Of a DNA stretch of 64,000 bases, positions 18,384 through 27,686 are shown piece after piece (the stretch's first letter is position 1; every line of letters begins with the position of its first letter). The stretch is from Dehalococcoidia bacterium (GTDB taxonomy: Bacteria > Chloroflexota > Dehalococcoidia > Lucifugimonadales > UBA2985): positions 27,771-91,770 of the forward strand of contig DAOUJW010000015.1 of assembly GCA_034422115.1 (NCBI GenBank), read 5' to 3'. Under the pieces are notes generated by a model that was given only the letters and a program-made list of their open reading frames with translations, was not told where the DNA came from and did no database searches. The position numbers were made by a program, and so were the translations under genes.

Positions 18384-20903
18384 ATGACCATCGCAGGAGA
18401 AGCTGACAGCAAGGAGACCACCGGCAACGAACAGACCATTGCAGCCGAGGAGGTCCTGGCTGCCGTGAAGGCTGCCGGGGTCACGGATCCCTCGGTGGTC
18501 AGGCAGATAGCCGAGAACCTGGCCAAGCCCAACGGCCACTCCGAAAAGCCAACCGAAACGTCAAAAAACGGCGTGGGAGCTGTTGAGACCAGGGGAACCG
18601 AACCCGCCATCTCGGAGAACGCCATGGTCGTTCTGGAGAAGCGCTACCTGCGCAAGAACGACGACGGAGAGATCATAGAGAACCCGTCGCAGATGTTCAG
18701 GCGGGTGGCCCGCGCCATCGCAGAGGCGGAGCTTCTCTACAACCCCAAGGCCGACGTGGCCCACTGGGAGGACGCCTTCTACGAGCCAATGGCCAAAATG
18801 GAGTTCGTGCCCAACTCGCCCACGCTGATGAACGCCGGCACAGGCGCGGGGACGCTGTCCGCCTGCTTTGTCATAGGGCTTGAGGACAGCATGGACGGCA
18901 TAATGGAGACGGCCAAGGAGGCCGCCCTGGTGCAGAAGTTCGGCGGCGGCACAGGCTTCGCCCTCTCCAACATCCGGCCCAAGGGCGCGCCCATATCCAC
19001 CACCCACGGCAGGGCCTGCGGCCCCGTGGCGGTGCTTCGCCACCTGTCCTCCGTCTCCACGCTGGTGACCCAGGGCGGAAAGCGGGACGGCGCAAACATG
19101 GCGGTGATGGACGTGCACCACCCGGACATTCTGGACTTCATCACCTGCAAGACCACAGAGGGCCAGATACACAACTTCAACATCTCCGTTGGGGCCAGCG
19201 AGGAGTTCATGCAGGCGGTTGAAAAGGGAGAGGACTACGAGCTTAGAGACCCGCGCACCGGCGAGGTGGTGGGCAAGCTGAACGCCGCGGACGTCTTCAG
19301 CAAGATGATCGATGGGGCGTGGCTCAACGGCGAGCCCGGCGCCATCTTCCTTGACCAGGTCAACCGCGACAACCCCACGCTCCACGTGGGACGCATGACG
19401 GCCACCAACCCGTGCGGAGAGCAGCCCCTGCTGCCATACGAGTCGTGCAACCTGGGTTCCATCAACCTGGCCAAGTTTGTGGTTGAGGAGAACCGCCAGC
19501 CCGTGGTGGACTGGGACGGGCTGCGTGAGGTTGTGCACGTCGCCACCCGCTTCCTGGATAACGTCATCGACGCCAACCGCTACTCCGTGCCTGAGATAGA
19601 GCGCATGACCAAGCTGACCCGCAAGATAGGCCTGGGCGTCATGGGCTTCGCAGACATGCTGGTGACCCTGGGCATTCCCTACGACTCCCAGGAGGGCCTC
19701 GACCTGGGCCGCAAGCTGATGAAGTTCGTGCGGGACGAGTCGGACATCACCTCCGAAGAGCTGGCGAAGGAGCGGGGCGTCTTCCCCGCCTACGAAGGCA
19801 GCGCCTACGACAAGCAGGGCCGCCCGATGCGCAACGCCTGTCGCCTGACCGTCGCCCCTACGGGCACCATCTCCATGATCGCCGGGTGCTCCAGCGGCAT
19901 TGAGCCCCTCTTTTCGCTCTGCTATCACAAGCACAACATCCTGGAGGGCCAGAGCCTGCTGTACATAGACGCCAACTTTGAGCAGGTGGCGCGCCAGGAC
20001 GACTTCTACAGCGACGACCTGATGGAGTACCTGGCCGACGGCGGCTCCATTCAGGACCGGGAGGACGACGTGCCGGAGTGGGTGAGGGAGGTCTTTGTGA
20101 CTGCGGCGGACATTTCGCCCCAGGACCACGTGCGGATGCAGGCGGCCTTCCAGGATAGCGTGGACGCCGGAATATCCAAGACCATCAACTTCCCCAACTC
20201 CGCCACAAGGGATGACGTGCGGACTGCGTACCTCCTGGCGTGGCAGCTGGGCTGCAAGGGCATCACGGTCTACCGCGCAGGCAGCCGCGAGGCGGAGGTG
20301 CTCACGTCCGGCGCTGCGGGCAGGGGAGACGTCGACGTGGCCGATGACGCGCCGATGGGCCTGCCGGCAATGCCGCGAGCAACCAGGGAGAGGCCCAGGA
20401 GCGTGCAGGGCGTGACCGAGAGGGTGCGCACCGGCCACGGCAACATGTACGTCAACATCACCTACTACGACGGCCACCCCTTCGAGGTGTTCTCCACTCT
20501 TGGCAAGGCCGGGGGTTGCGACTCGGCGCAGTTGGAGGCCATATCACGCCTGGCGTCCCTGGCCCTGCGCTCCGGCATTCCAACGGAGCAGATTATTGAG
20601 CAGCTCAGGGGCATCACCTGCTGCCCCGCCTGGGACGACGGCACGATGGTGCGCTCCGCCCCGGACGCGGTGGCCCTGGCCCTCAGCCGCCAGACGTCGG
20701 CGCCGGCCCCGGAGGCGATAGTCCAGGCGCCGCAGCCTCAACCCGTGAGCGCCTTTGCGGTGCAGCAGGAGCTCTTCCTGAAGGCGGAGGCCAACGGCAA
20801 CGGCAGCAAGAGCCAGTGCCCGGACTGCTACGCGTTCCTGATTCACCAGGAGGGTTGCGAGAGGTGTTCAGACCCAGCCTGCGGGTACGAGAGATGCGGA
20901 TAA
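18384..20903 (+). CDS. nrdJ: Adenosylcobalamin-dependent (class II) ribonucleotide reductase
   Basis: VLEKRYL..., TNPCGEQPLLPYESCNLGSINL, C-terminal CPDC...CERC Zn ribbon. ATG 18384 follows GAGGAG by 6 nt; track start TTG 18345 is possible. Confidence 0.88.
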   Translation: MTIAGEADSKETTGNEQTIAAEEVLAAVKAAGVTDPSVVRQIAENLAKPNGHSEKPTETSKNGVGAVETRGTEPAISENAMVVLEKRYLRKNDDGEIIENPSQMFRRVARAIAEAELLYNPKADVAHWEDAFYEPMAKMEFVPNSPTLMNAGTGAGTLSACFVIGLEDSMDGIMETAKEAALVQKFGGGTGFALSNIRPKGAPISTTHGRACGPVAVLRHLSSVSTLVTQGGKRDGANMAVMDVHHPDILDFITCKTTEGQIHNFNISVGASEEFMQAVEKGEDYELRDPRTGEVVGKLNAADVFSKMIDGAWLNGEPGAIFLDQVNRDNPTLHVGRMTATNPCGEQPLLPYESCNLGSINLAKFVVEENRQPVVDWDGLREVVHVATRFLDNVIDANRYSVPEIERMTKLTRKIGLGVMGFADMLVTLGIPYDSQEGLDLGRKLMKFVRDESDITSEELAKERGVFPAYEGSAYDKQGRPMRNACRLTVAPTGTISMIAGCSSGIEPLFSLCYHKHNILEGQSLLYIDANFEQVARQDDFYSDDLMEYLADGGSIQDREDDVPEWVREVFVTAADISPQDHVRMQAAFQDSVDAGISKTINFPNSATRDDVRTAYLLAWQLGCKGITVYRAGSREAEVLTSGAAGRGDVDVADDAPMGLPAMPRATRERPRSVQGVTERVRTGHGNMYVNITYYDGHPFEVFSTLGKAGGCDSAQLEAISRLASLALRSGIPTEQIIEQLRGITCCPAWDDGTMVRSAPDAVALALSRQTSAPAPEAIVQAPQPQPVSAFAVQQELFLKAEANGNGSKSQCPDCYAFLIHQEGCERCSDPACGYERCG

Positions 20904-20955
20904 GTTCGGAGAGTTCTCCTAGCCCATTCATACGACCATAGGAGGCTTTACAGAT

Positions 20956-21228
20956 ATGCAAAGGGAAGGACGACCAGAGGTGGATGCCATATGGGTCAAG
21001 CCCCACCTGAACCGCAAGGGAAACATGGTAAAGGGCCACTGGCGCACCAGGCCGCGGGTGGTCCGCGTAAGGGGCCACTTCCGGGGACTGAGCTACGTGA
21101 AGCCCTTCAAGCGACGCAGGCCGGTCTATCAGCCGCCCGTGCCCTTTGTCCTGGCGGGGCAGCCTCCATCCTTTGAGCACACCCTGATCAACGTTCTGAG
21201 GGACGTGGAGCCCCTCATGGGCTACTGA
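20956..21228 (+). CDS. Small highly basic hypothetical protein
   Basis: 90 aa, TAGGAGGC 9 nt upstream, internal duplication V[KR]GH[WF]R (VKGHWRTRP / VRGHFRGLS). Confidence 0.5.
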   Translation: MQREGRPEVDAIWVKPHLNRKGNMVKGHWRTRPRVVRVRGHFRGLSYVKPFKRRRPVYQPPVPFVLAGQPPSFEHTLINVLRDVEPLMGY

Positions 21229-21353
21229 GGAGGCTAACTATGTATAATACGCGCCGACCCGGCATAGAGAGCGGCGGGAGCGGCGCGGCGGGTAGGACGC
21301 TCTGCGTCTGCAGATATCCCGAACGGCGCTCTCCTTGAGAGAGCGTGCGCCCA

Positions 21354-21380
21354 AGGCCCCGATACATCGGGGCCTTTTCT
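21354..21380 (+). terminator. Canonical intrinsic terminator
   Basis: GGCCCCGA-TACA-TCGGGGCC followed by TTTTCTATT. Confidence 0.7.
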
Positions 21381-21455
21381 ATTGTACCATCTCGGAACTC
21401 CCAATATAATGCTTTCAATGGCACACACGGCGAGCGTCAATAGAGGCGGACGATA

Positions 21456-21547
21456 CCGCTCATCCTGAGCTTGTCGAAGGAAATGAGCGGGGGCCGCCCG
21501 TCTTTGCTGTTCCCGCTCAAATGGTTCGACAGGCTCACCATGAGCGG
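21456..21547. repeat. Family A palindromic repeat (two units)
   Basis: CCGCTCATCCTGAGCTTGTCGAAGGAAATGAGCGGG ... CCCGCTCAAATGGTTCGACAGGCTCACCATGAGCGG. Confidence 0.9.
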
Positions 21548-21586
21548 AAACAGCCTTCATAGAAGAGGCACAGGAGAAGTCAAAAT

Positions 21587-22591
21587 ATGAGCAGCAAGTC
21601 AATCATCGCCATCACCATGGGAGACCCGTGCGGCATCGGCCCGGAGGTGGTGGCCAAGGCCCTGGCCATCCCGGAGATTACCGCTGAGTGCCACCCGCTT
21701 GTGATAGGCAACGCGCCGCTGCTCCGAAAGACGGCTTCTGACCTGGGCCTTGCCCTGGACATAACGCCCGTGTCCTCCGCGGCCCAGGCGTCGGACAACG
21801 CCATCTCCATACTGGACCCGGGCAACCTGCGACCGGAGGACGTTACGCCGGGGCAGATCAGCGCGGGGGCGGGCAGGGCGTGCGTGGAGTGGATACTGCG
21901 AGCGGGCGAGCTGGCGCTTTCCGGCGACGTGCAGGCGATGGCCACGGCTCCCATCAACAAGGAGGCGGCCCAGGCCGCCGGCTACCAGGACATCGGCCAT
22001 CTGGAGCTTCTTCAGAAGCTGAGCGAGGCCAAGCAGGTGGCCACAATGCTCACGGCGGGCAGCCTGCGCGTTGTGCACCTGACGACCCACAGGTCCCTGG
22101 CCCGGGCGGTGGAGTTCGTAACCAGGGAGAACGTGCTGGCCAAGGTGGAGCTTACTCACAACTGCTTCCGGGAGTGGGGATTCGACTCGCCGCGCATTGC
22201 CGTGGCCGCCCTGAACCCCCACGGCGGCGACGGCGGGCTGCTGGGCCGCGAGGAGATTGATGAGATAGCCCCGGCGGTGGAGGCCGCCCGCGCCCAGGGC
22301 ATCGATGCAACGGGCCCTGTGCCGGCGGACTCCGTCTTTCCGCAGGCGGCTGAGGGCCGCTACGACGCTGTGCTGGCCCTCTTCCACGACCAGGGTCACA
22401 TCCCCATCAAGATGAAGGACTTCGAAGGCAGCGTGAGCATAAACCTGGGGCTGCCATTCATCAGGACGTCGGTGGATCACGGCACGGCCTTCGACATTGC
22501 GGGTAAGGGCATAGCCAGTGCCAGGGGGATGGAGAACTCCATCCAGGCAGCCACAATCATGGCGAACACCGGATGCCTGCCAAAGGAGTAG
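21587..22591 (+). CDS. pdxA: PdxA-family 4-hydroxythreonine-4-phosphate dehydrogenase
   Basis: GDPCGIGPEV, NPHGGDGG, HDQGHIP, SVDHGTAFDIAGKG. Confidence 0.8.
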   Translation: MSSKSIIAITMGDPCGIGPEVVAKALAIPEITAECHPLVIGNAPLLRKTASDLGLALDITPVSSAAQASDNAISILDPGNLRPEDVTPGQISAGAGRACVEWILRAGELALSGDVQAMATAPINKEAAQAAGYQDIGHLELLQKLSEAKQVATMLTAGSLRVVHLTTHRSLARAVEFVTRENVLAKVELTHNCFREWGFDSPRIAVAALNPHGGDGGLLGREEIDEIAPAVEAARAQGIDATGPVPADSVFPQAAEGRYDAVLALFHDQGHIPIKMKDFEGSVSINLGLPFIRTSVDHGTAFDIAGKGIASARGMENSIQAATIMANTGCLPKE

Positions 22592-22616
22592 GCGCGTTGC
22601 CCGCCATGACCCCACA

Positions 22617-22708
22617 CCCGCTCATCCTGAGCTTGTCGAAGGATATGAGCGGGGGGCTACACCGCACTCTTTCCGCTCATATGGTTCGACAAGGCTCACC
22701 ATGAGCGG
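22617..22708. repeat. Family A palindromic repeat (two units)
   Basis: Same architecture as 1087-1181. Confidence 0.9.
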
Positions 22709-22798
22709 AAAGGAAGTGGAATCCTGGATGGCATTGGCATTTCTAACCCATATCTGGAATACCAGAAACTCTGCGCCACCTTCGCAACCCAGAACAGA

Positions 22799-22807
22799 TG
22801 CTATAAT
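22799..22807 (+). promoter_or_regulatory. Extended -10 element upstream of proC
   Basis: TGcTATAAT; no convincing -35; would give a very short leader. Confidence 0.3.
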
Positions 22808-22827
22808 GTACGTCTGGACGACGATCT

Positions 22828-23646
22828 ATGACTGACAATCTGACACTGGCGTTCATCGGCGGCGGCACAATGGCGGAGGCCATCCTGTCCGGCGTGCTGG
22901 ACAAGGGGCTGGCGGCCCCCGGCTCAATCTGCGTTGGAGAGCCTGTAAGCGGGCGGAGGGAGTACCTGAGCGAGCTTTACGGGGTGCAGACCACCTCGGA
23001 CAACTCCCACGCCGTGGAGACGGCAGAACTGGTCGTTCTTGCCGTCAAGCCCCAGCAGCTTGGAGACGTGTTCGCCGAGTTGCGCGGGCGGCTCACCTCA
23101 TCCCAGGCTGCGCTGTCCATCGTCGCCGGGGCCACCATGAAGAGCATAGCCAGGGGCCTTGACCACCGGGCCGTCATAAGGGTCATGCCCAACACGCCCG
23201 CCCAGGTGGGGCAGGGGATGAGCGTATGGACGGCGTCGCCGGAGGTTTCCACCAGCCACGAGGACGCGGCCCGGACGATTCTGCGATCCCTGGGCGAGGA
23301 GATGTACGTCTCCGAGGAGAAGTACCTGGACATGGCAACGGCCCTCAGCGCCAGCGGCCCCGCATACGTCTTCCTCTTCCTGGAGTCGCTGATTGACGCC
23401 GGGGTGTACCTGGGCCTAACAAGGGACATGGCGCAGGCCCTGGCCCTTCAGACCGTCCTGGGAAGTGCGGCCCTGGCAAAGAGCTCCGGCAGGCACCCGG
23501 CGGAGCTGCGAAACATGGTGACCTCTCCGGGAGGCACTACGGCAGAGGCGCTCCTGTCCATGGAGGACGACGGGCTGAGGAGCGCCATCATCAACGGCGT
23601 GATCGCCGCCCACGAGAAGGCAATGGAACTGGGGGAGGAGAAGTGA
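22828..23646 (+). CDS. proC: Pyrroline-5-carboxylate reductase
   Basis: FIGGGTMAEAI, VMPNTPAQVGQG, SPGGTTAEAL. Confidence 0.9.
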   Translation: MTDNLTLAFIGGGTMAEAILSGVLDKGLAAPGSICVGEPVSGRREYLSELYGVQTTSDNSHAVETAELVVLAVKPQQLGDVFAELRGRLTSSQAALSIVAGATMKSIARGLDHRAVIRVMPNTPAQVGQGMSVWTASPEVSTSHEDAARTILRSLGEEMYVSEEKYLDMATALSASGPAYVFLFLESLIDAGVYLGLTRDMAQALALQTVLGSAALAKSSGRHPAELRNMVTSPGGTTAEALLSMEDDGLRSAIINGVIAAHEKAMELGEEK

Positions 23647-23897
23647 TACCCAACCTGATCAACGCCATTATCACGGTGCTCTACCTGGCGATACTGGGGC
23701 GGGTCATCCTGGACTGGCTCATCATCGGCAACGTGATGCGGCCAGACAACCCCATTCGCTACGCCCTGATCAACATCACTGAGCCGTTTCTGGCGCCCAT
23801 ACGCCGCTACGCCCGGGTCGGGATGATAGACCTCAGCCCAATGGTGGCCATCTTCATCCTGATAATCATCCAGAACGTGGTGGCCAGAAGCCTGTAA
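23643..23897 (+). CDS. yggT: YggT family membrane protein
   Basis: 84 aa, two TM, GRVILDWL motif; GTG start overlaps the proC stop. Confidence 0.75.
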   Translation: MIPNLINAIITVLYLAILGRVILDWLIIGNVMRPDNPIRYALINITEPFLAPIRRYARVGMIDLSPMVAIFILIIIQNVVARSL

Positions 23898-23902
23898 ATG
23901 AA

Positions 23903-23969
23903 CGTCGTTCCTGCGAAAGCAGGAACCTCTGCCCCCACTCCTAGATTCCTGCTTTCGCAGGAATGACGG
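23903..23969. repeat. Family B palindromic repeat (CGTC[AG]TTCCTGCGAAAGCAGGAA ... ATTCCTGCTTTCGCAGGAATGACGG)
   Basis: Two GAAA-loop hairpin arms in inverted orientation; at least 10 related copies in the window. Confidence 0.9.
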
Positions 23970-24028
23970 GATAGAGGAATAGCGCTGTACTCCTATCGTA
24001 CGTATGGAAATGTAGACATCTGCGAGCC

Positions 24029-25915
24029 TCAGGAGCCGACCTTCGCCTCCTCCACGCCCCACACCTCCGGCATGAGGTGCTGCAAGCCCAACTCTCGCAT
24101 CGTCTCCGGCAGCGGCTTGCCCGTCTCCCTGTCCCAGCCCGCCGTCCTGTAGTAGGTCGACACCATCGTCTCCCAGTTGGCCTTGGCGCTGGTTCCCGCC
24201 GCCGGCCCGTCGATGGGCGTAGACCAGTATCGCTCCGACGGCCTCTCCAGGTCCACGCCAATGCCGCACCTGAGATTGAACAGGCGAAACATGGCCGCGC
24301 TCCGCTTGCCGAACTCCATGGCCTCCTCCTTGGTGTAGTCCCACCCGGTCAGGGCGTTCAGCGCCCGGCAAATAAGCTCCACGTAGGTGTTGACCGTGAA
24401 GCTGCACACGCCCAGGGCGTCCACAAAGTTGCGCTTGCCCAGCATGGCCGCCAGCACGTGGGCCACGGCCTCCGGGTCGAAGGGGTCGTGGGTCTCCGGC
24501 AGCCCGAACTCCTGGGTCTGCTGTCCGCCTCCCTCAATGGTGCCGATGTTGGTCACGCACCCGTCCAGCATCTCCGACCAGCGACCGCGATGGTCGTGGC
24601 CCCGGGGCGTGGTGCCCTTGTGAACGAACACCGCGCATTCGTAGGCCTCGCCGCCCAGGCGCTCCGCAGCCCGCTTGACGCCCTCCGCCAGCAGGTCGCC
24701 GAAGCCCTCCCGACGGGTTATCATCTGGAGCAGAGCGTTGGCGGCCTCCGAGTCGCCCCACTTCATCTCCAGCCCGCCAAGCTGCTCCTTTGTGATGTAC
24801 CCCTTCTCGTAGCACTCCATGACCCAGCCAATGACCCAGCCGAACTCGTTCACGTCCACGCCGGCCTTGTCCACCTGGGTGTTGAGCCACATCATCTCGG
24901 CGGTGTCCAGGCTGCCTATCTGCGGGCCGCACATGGCAATGCCCTCGGACTCCGCCTCGTCCACCAGAGTGCCCTCGTAGCTGCCCTCAGGCACCACAAG
25001 GATGTGGCAGTGGCCCTTCATCCCGCAGCCGCTGCACTGGTGTCCGCGATGCGGGAACTTGGCGCGAAGGGTCGCAGGCTCAAGCTCGTCCAGCCGCTCC
25101 ACGACAGGGTAGATGTTGGTAGTGAGGTTCTTTATCGACAGCGCCCCGGAGCGGTTGTTGCGCAGCGGGCCGCTCAAGGTCCCGTACTCGTAGGTGGGCG
25201 TGGCCTTGACCTCGTGGCTAATCACGTCCGACGCCTGGAGCAGGCCCACCGGGTCGTGGACGCCGACGCCCTTGCTCCCGCGAACAATGGCGATGCACTT
25301 CACGCCCTTCACGCCCATGACCGCGCCGCAGCCGTTCTTGCTCGCCACGTGGCCGTAGTCGCCCTCGATGATGGCCCATCTGACCAGGTTTTCGCCCGCA
25401 GGCCCAACGCCGTACACGCTCATCTGGTGGCCGCTGAGGCCGTACTCCGCCTGGAGCGCGTCCTGCATGTCCCAGGTGTCCTTGCCGAGCAGGTGCGACG
25501 CGTCCCGAAGCTCCACAACGTCGTCGTTGACGTGGACGTAGACCCACCTGCTGGCCTGGCCCTGGAGAACGATGCCGTCGTAGCCGCAGTACTTGAGGTT
25601 GGCCCCGAAGAAGCCCTGGGCGTTGGTCACGACTGCGCCGCCGGTCATAGCGCCCTTGGTCACGACAGTCAGGCTGCCGGTGCCCCAGACGGGCGTGCCG
25701 GCCAGAGGCCCGGAGCCGAGGAACAGCCTGTTCTCAGGGTCGTCCCACGCGACCTCCGGCGGCACCTCCTCCCACAGTATCTTGTACCCGATGCCCACGG
25801 CTCCAAGGTAGTATCGACACTCCTCCGGGGTCAGCGTCTCCGTCCAGACCCGCTCAGTAGTCAGATCAATGCGCAGGATTCTTCCGGTGTAACCGCCCGG
25901 CATTTGCGTCTCCAT
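24029..25915 (-). CDS. aor: Aldehyde:ferredoxin oxidoreductase family (tungstopterin) enzyme
   Basis: GYTGRILRIDLTTERVW N-terminus, GVGPAGENLVRWA. ATG 25915 has AAGGAGGTG 6 nt upstream; the track start 25972 is probably too long. Confidence 0.85.
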   Translation of the reverse strand: METQMPGGYTGRILRIDLTTERVWTETLTPEECRYYLGAVGIGYKILWEEVPPEVAWDDPENRLFLGSGPLAGTPVWGTGSLTVVTKGAMTGGAVVTNAQGFFGANLKYCGYDGIVLQGQASRWVYVHVNDDVVELRDASHLLGKDTWDMQDALQAEYGLSGHQMSVYGVGPAGENLVRWAIIEGDYGHVASKNGCGAVMGVKGVKCIAIVRGSKGVGVHDPVGLLQASDVISHEVKATPTYEYGTLSGPLRNNRSGALSIKNLTTNIYPVVERLDELEPATLRAKFPHRGHQCSGCGMKGHCHILVVPEGSYEGTLVDEAESEGIAMCGPQIGSLDTAEMMWLNTQVDKAGVDVNEFGWVIGWVMECYEKGYITKEQLGGLEMKWGDSEAANALLQMITRREGFGDLLAEGVKRAAERLGGEAYECAVFVHKGTTPRGHDHRGRWSEMLDGCVTNIGTIEGGGQQTQEFGLPETHDPFDPEAVAHVLAAMLGKRNFVDALGVCSFTVNTYVELICRALNALTGWDYTKEEAMEFGKRSAAMFRLFNLRCGIGVDLERPSERYWSTPIDGPAAGTSAKANWETMVSTYYRTAGWDRETGKPLPETMRELGLQHLMPEVWGVEEAKVGS

Positions 25916-26046
25916 AGGAACACCTCCTTGACTGTATCCCCAACAATCACCCAAGGCGCTAGTAGAATACATCCCGCCTTGAGGGAATTCAACCGCAAAG
26001 GGGAGAAGGACAGGGGAAGGATACTAGGGCGACCCTGGCAGACGCC

Positions 26047-27462
26047 CTAGCCCCGCGCTTCGGAGACCGGGGCGTCGTCGTCCTGAAGGAGGGCGGACTT
26101 CGGCGGATTGGGCCGTTGGGCGAAGAAGAGGAAGCCAACGCCTATCAGCATAGCGATAATGAAGCTGGTGAAGGCCACGCCGTAGCTGCCGGTGGTGTCG
26201 TATATCCACCCGGCGAAGACCGGGCCAGAAACGGTTGTCGGGATGTGAAACAACTGGTTGAACCCGCGTATGGTGGCGTAGTTCTGCCTGCCAAAGTACT
26301 CTCCGACTATGGCCATATAGACCGGGATAGCGCCCCCATAGGCGATTCCATAGACGATTACGAATAGCCACACCTGCGTTATCGTCGTGGCGTTCATCAG
26401 TATGAATATACCCACCGTCTGGAGCAGGAGTGTGCCGATCATTATGTGTCGCTTGTCGATGTAGTCGCCCAGCACTCCGAATCCCAGGCGGCCGATGCAA
26501 CTGATGCTCACCGTCGCCCCCAGCGCTCCGGCTGCCGCCACCTCGGAAATGTCTCTCACGGCGGTGAGGTAGACAACCAGGTGCAAAACCACGGAGGTCA
26601 TGGCAAAGGACCTGGCGCCGGTGCCCATGATGAGCATCCAGAACGCCCTCGTCGACAATGCCTCCTTGACGCTGAAATCGTACTCGGACCACGCCACCTT
26701 CATCGATGAAGGCCCGCGTTTCCCCTGGGCCGGGGCTGAGGACGCCTGGACGGCGGCCGTGTGCGGGTCGTCGCCATCCGGCAGGTAGCCGTGCTGCTCA
26801 GGCTTGTGCCGCAGAAGCAGGGACAGGGGTATGATTATCGCAAAGATGCCGAACCCGGCCAGCAATGCCGCGACCCGCCACCCGTAGAGGTCCACCAGGT
26901 AACCCACTACAAACACCGTGATGCCACTGCCGCCCGCGCCCAGGGAGAAGACGGCAAAGGCGCGGGAGCGCTTTCGAATGAACCAGGCGTTGACGGAGGC
27001 CATGCTGGCGTGCCCGAAGCCGGTGTTGTAGCCTATGGACATCCAGCCGGCGTAGAGCAGGCCAAAGGCAATAAGCGCGTTGACGTGTATGGGGCCGACG
27101 TTGAAGGCGTTTACGGAGCTCATGGCCATGAAGCCGGTACCCGCTATCACAGCTCCGAGAACGGCCATCTTTCTGGGACCGAACTTGTCAACGGCCCACC
27201 CGATGATCGGTCCCTCAATGCCTCCCTCAAGGCGGGAGAGGGAGAATATGGCGGCGCCCGCCGCGGCGGCCCACCCGAACTCCTCCAGTAGGGCTCTGTA
27301 GAAGATGGGGAATCCGTAGAACCAGACCCCCGCGCCGTACACGTTGATTGCGGCGGCTGCGGCAACTATGTACCAGCCGTAGAAAATCTTTGGCTTGCGG
27401 ATGGGTATGGCGAGAACGCTCACTTCACGGCACATAATAGCACAAATCGCAGGTTGGCACAC
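26047..27462 (-). CDS. MFS transporter (oxalate/formate antiporter-like)
   Basis: IFYGWYIVAAAAAINVYGAGVWFYGFPIFY..., 12 TM; upstream of and co-oriented with aor. Confidence 0.8.
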   Translation of the reverse strand: MCQPAICAIMCREVSVLAIPIRKPKIFYGWYIVAAAAAINVYGAGVWFYGFPIFYRALLEEFGWAAAAGAAIFSLSRLEGGIEGPIIGWAVDKFGPRKMAVLGAVIAGTGFMAMSSVNAFNVGPIHVNALIAFGLLYAGWMSIGYNTGFGHASMASVNAWFIRKRSRAFAVFSLGAGGSGITVFVVGYLVDLYGWRVAALLAGFGIFAIIIPLSLLLRHKPEQHGYLPDGDDPHTAAVQASSAPAQGKRGPSSMKVAWSEYDFSVKEALSTRAFWMLIMGTGARSFAMTSVVLHLVVYLTAVRDISEVAAAGALGATVSISCIGRLGFGVLGDYIDKRHIMIGTLLLQTVGIFILMNATTITQVWLFVIVYGIAYGGAIPVYMAIVGEYFGRQNYATIRGFNQLFHIPTTVSGPVFAGWIYDTTGSYGVAFTSFIIAMLIGVGFLFFAQRPNPPKSALLQDDDAPVSEARG

Positions 27463-27686
27463 CCCAAACCAGGAATTGCCAATAATCTGGACTATAAAGC
27501 AGAGTTTGGCTACGAATCCCTTAAGTCAAAAGCGGACGCAATAATCGCATTCGCACCATCACCCCAGCCGAAACCATCCAGGGGAATGGATAGAGCGGGA
27601 GACCGTCACCCGGCATCCTTCGGAATCTGGGATCTTGGGAAAACAGCGTGGACAGGAGCGCTAGGTCTTCCCTTGGCGATGGACCT

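Noticed and set aside
18561-20477. 638-aa minus-strand ORF
   Set aside because: Shadow frame antisense to nrdJ; no motifs, biased composition.
24077-26050. 657-aa plus-strand ORF
   Set aside because: Shadow frame antisense to the AOR gene.
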